From Geosiphon pyriformis uo1 (Eukaryota; Fungi; Glomeromycota): a DNA stretch of 64,000 nt. Below, one piece after another: positions 63,072 through 64,000 of this stretch. The stretch is taken from positions 154,314 through 218,313 of the forward strand of contig JAAOMT010000082.1 of assembly GCA_016748015.1 (NCBI GenBank). Reading direction: 5' to 3'. The notes beneath the pieces were generated by a model. That model was not told the DNA's origin and searched no databases. It saw nothing but the letters and a program-made list of their open reading frames with translations. Position 1 is the stretch's first letter, and every line of letters starts with the position of its first letter. A program made the position numbers and the translations under genes.

Positions 63072-63904
63072 AACAGCAATAACAGAGCCAACAGTGACCT
63101 CGTGATCGAAAAACGGTTTTGATTTATCGTACTGAATGGTAAAAAACTTCTTTCAAAAAAAAACTTTTGACTCTTTTTTGGGAATTTTGGACGAAGGAGA
63201 GAAAGAAGTTTTCCTTTTTTATTATAGTTTAATATATAAATTAGATTGTATTTCTATATTCTAATTGACTAATAAATTACATATTATTTAAAGTTATATA
63301 ATATTAATATTTTTATATTTTAATTAATTAATAAAAATCCAAAATTACATATTATATAAAATTATATAAAACATGAAATTTTGAATTTTTTTTTTTTTTA
63401 TAATAACATAATATATATTTGTTTTTTTAGTTAATTTAGTTTTTAATTATAATAATCTAATTGTAATTATATAAAAAATAATTATATTAAGTAAATTTAT
63501 TTTTGTAAATCCAATATAATTTAATTTTAACTAACTTAATTGGTTAATTATATGTAAATAAAGTATAAATTATGTTTAATTTAAAATATTTTAATATTAT
63601 ATTGTATTAAATTATGTTTTATTAAAACATAAAAAAAAATATACTGTTTGTTTTTTTTATAAAAAATATTGCATTTATGTATTTTAATTAATGTTTTACA
63701 ATTATTTTATTTATAATAGCTTTATAATTATTGTAAATCTTAAATATTTTTAATTGTTAAACTAAATTTTACTTTTACCACATTATGCAAAAAAATAGTT
63801 TACAAGCAAAAAATTAACACTTAAATCTGTTTATTATTAAATGATTAAAGTAAATTGGCCATAACCCTATTATATATGATGTTTTTGAAATATAATGTTT
63901 TTTG

Positions 63905-64000
63905 TTATATTTCCAATGTATTTTCAGGCAAGTGATAATCTTTATGAAATTGTTGAACTTCAGCACCAAACTTTTCTAACCATTTCTCTTCATCAGTTAT
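63905..64000 (-). CDS. Possible 3' end of a host gene entering from beyond the window
   Basis: Open frame ITDEEKWLEKFGAEVQQFHKDYHLPENTLEI* with coding-like composition next to ~90% AT sequence; only 31 codons visible. Confidence 0.35.
   Translation of the reverse strand: MTDEEKWLEKFGAEVQQFHKDYHLPENTLEI

Larger units (their letters stand above)
56452..63220 (-). mobile_element. Full-length non-LTR retrotransposon (LINE; APE-RT-RNase H), disrupted
   Basis: TSD ATTATAGTTT at 56442-56451 and 63221-63230; 3' tail (AAT)3 + A-run; ORF1 and ORF2 present. Confidence 0.93.

Noticed and set aside
56787-63105. Many plus-strand ORFs antisense to the LINE
   Set aside because: Shadow ORFs of the coding strand; no recognisable motifs.

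Overview
Eukaryotic, very AT-rich, repeat-dominated window. It is probably fungal: the gene and TE content resembles Glomeromycotina (AM fungi/Geosiphon), which is an inference. Bases 1-48.6 kb form a resolvable nest: an old decayed LINE (RT region) was hit by two Ty3/Gypsy LTR retrotransposons, A (444-10593,+) and B (10672-47689,+). B was hit by C (14916-34970,-) and E (36022-45256,-), and C was hit by D (20515-30667,+). All five have paired LTRs, PBS, PPT and 4-bp TSDs, and all are pseudogenised by C>T/G>A transitions. They share an unusual three-ORF layout: one Gag-PR-RT-RNaseH frame ending at a stop; integrase as a separate AUG-initiated ORF; then a ~210-aa ORF3 of unknown function running into the PPT. 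A, C, D and E also carry a Cys-rich domain and a dUTPase between PR and RT, and Gag appears to begin at a GUG. The right part holds a decayed putative DDE-transposase-like gene, an internally deleted MULE, a Sel1-repeat gene relic, a full-length but disrupted LINE with RNase H (56452-63220,-; 10-bp TSD), and a possible gene 3' end at the window edge. There are three N-gaps, all inside element E.
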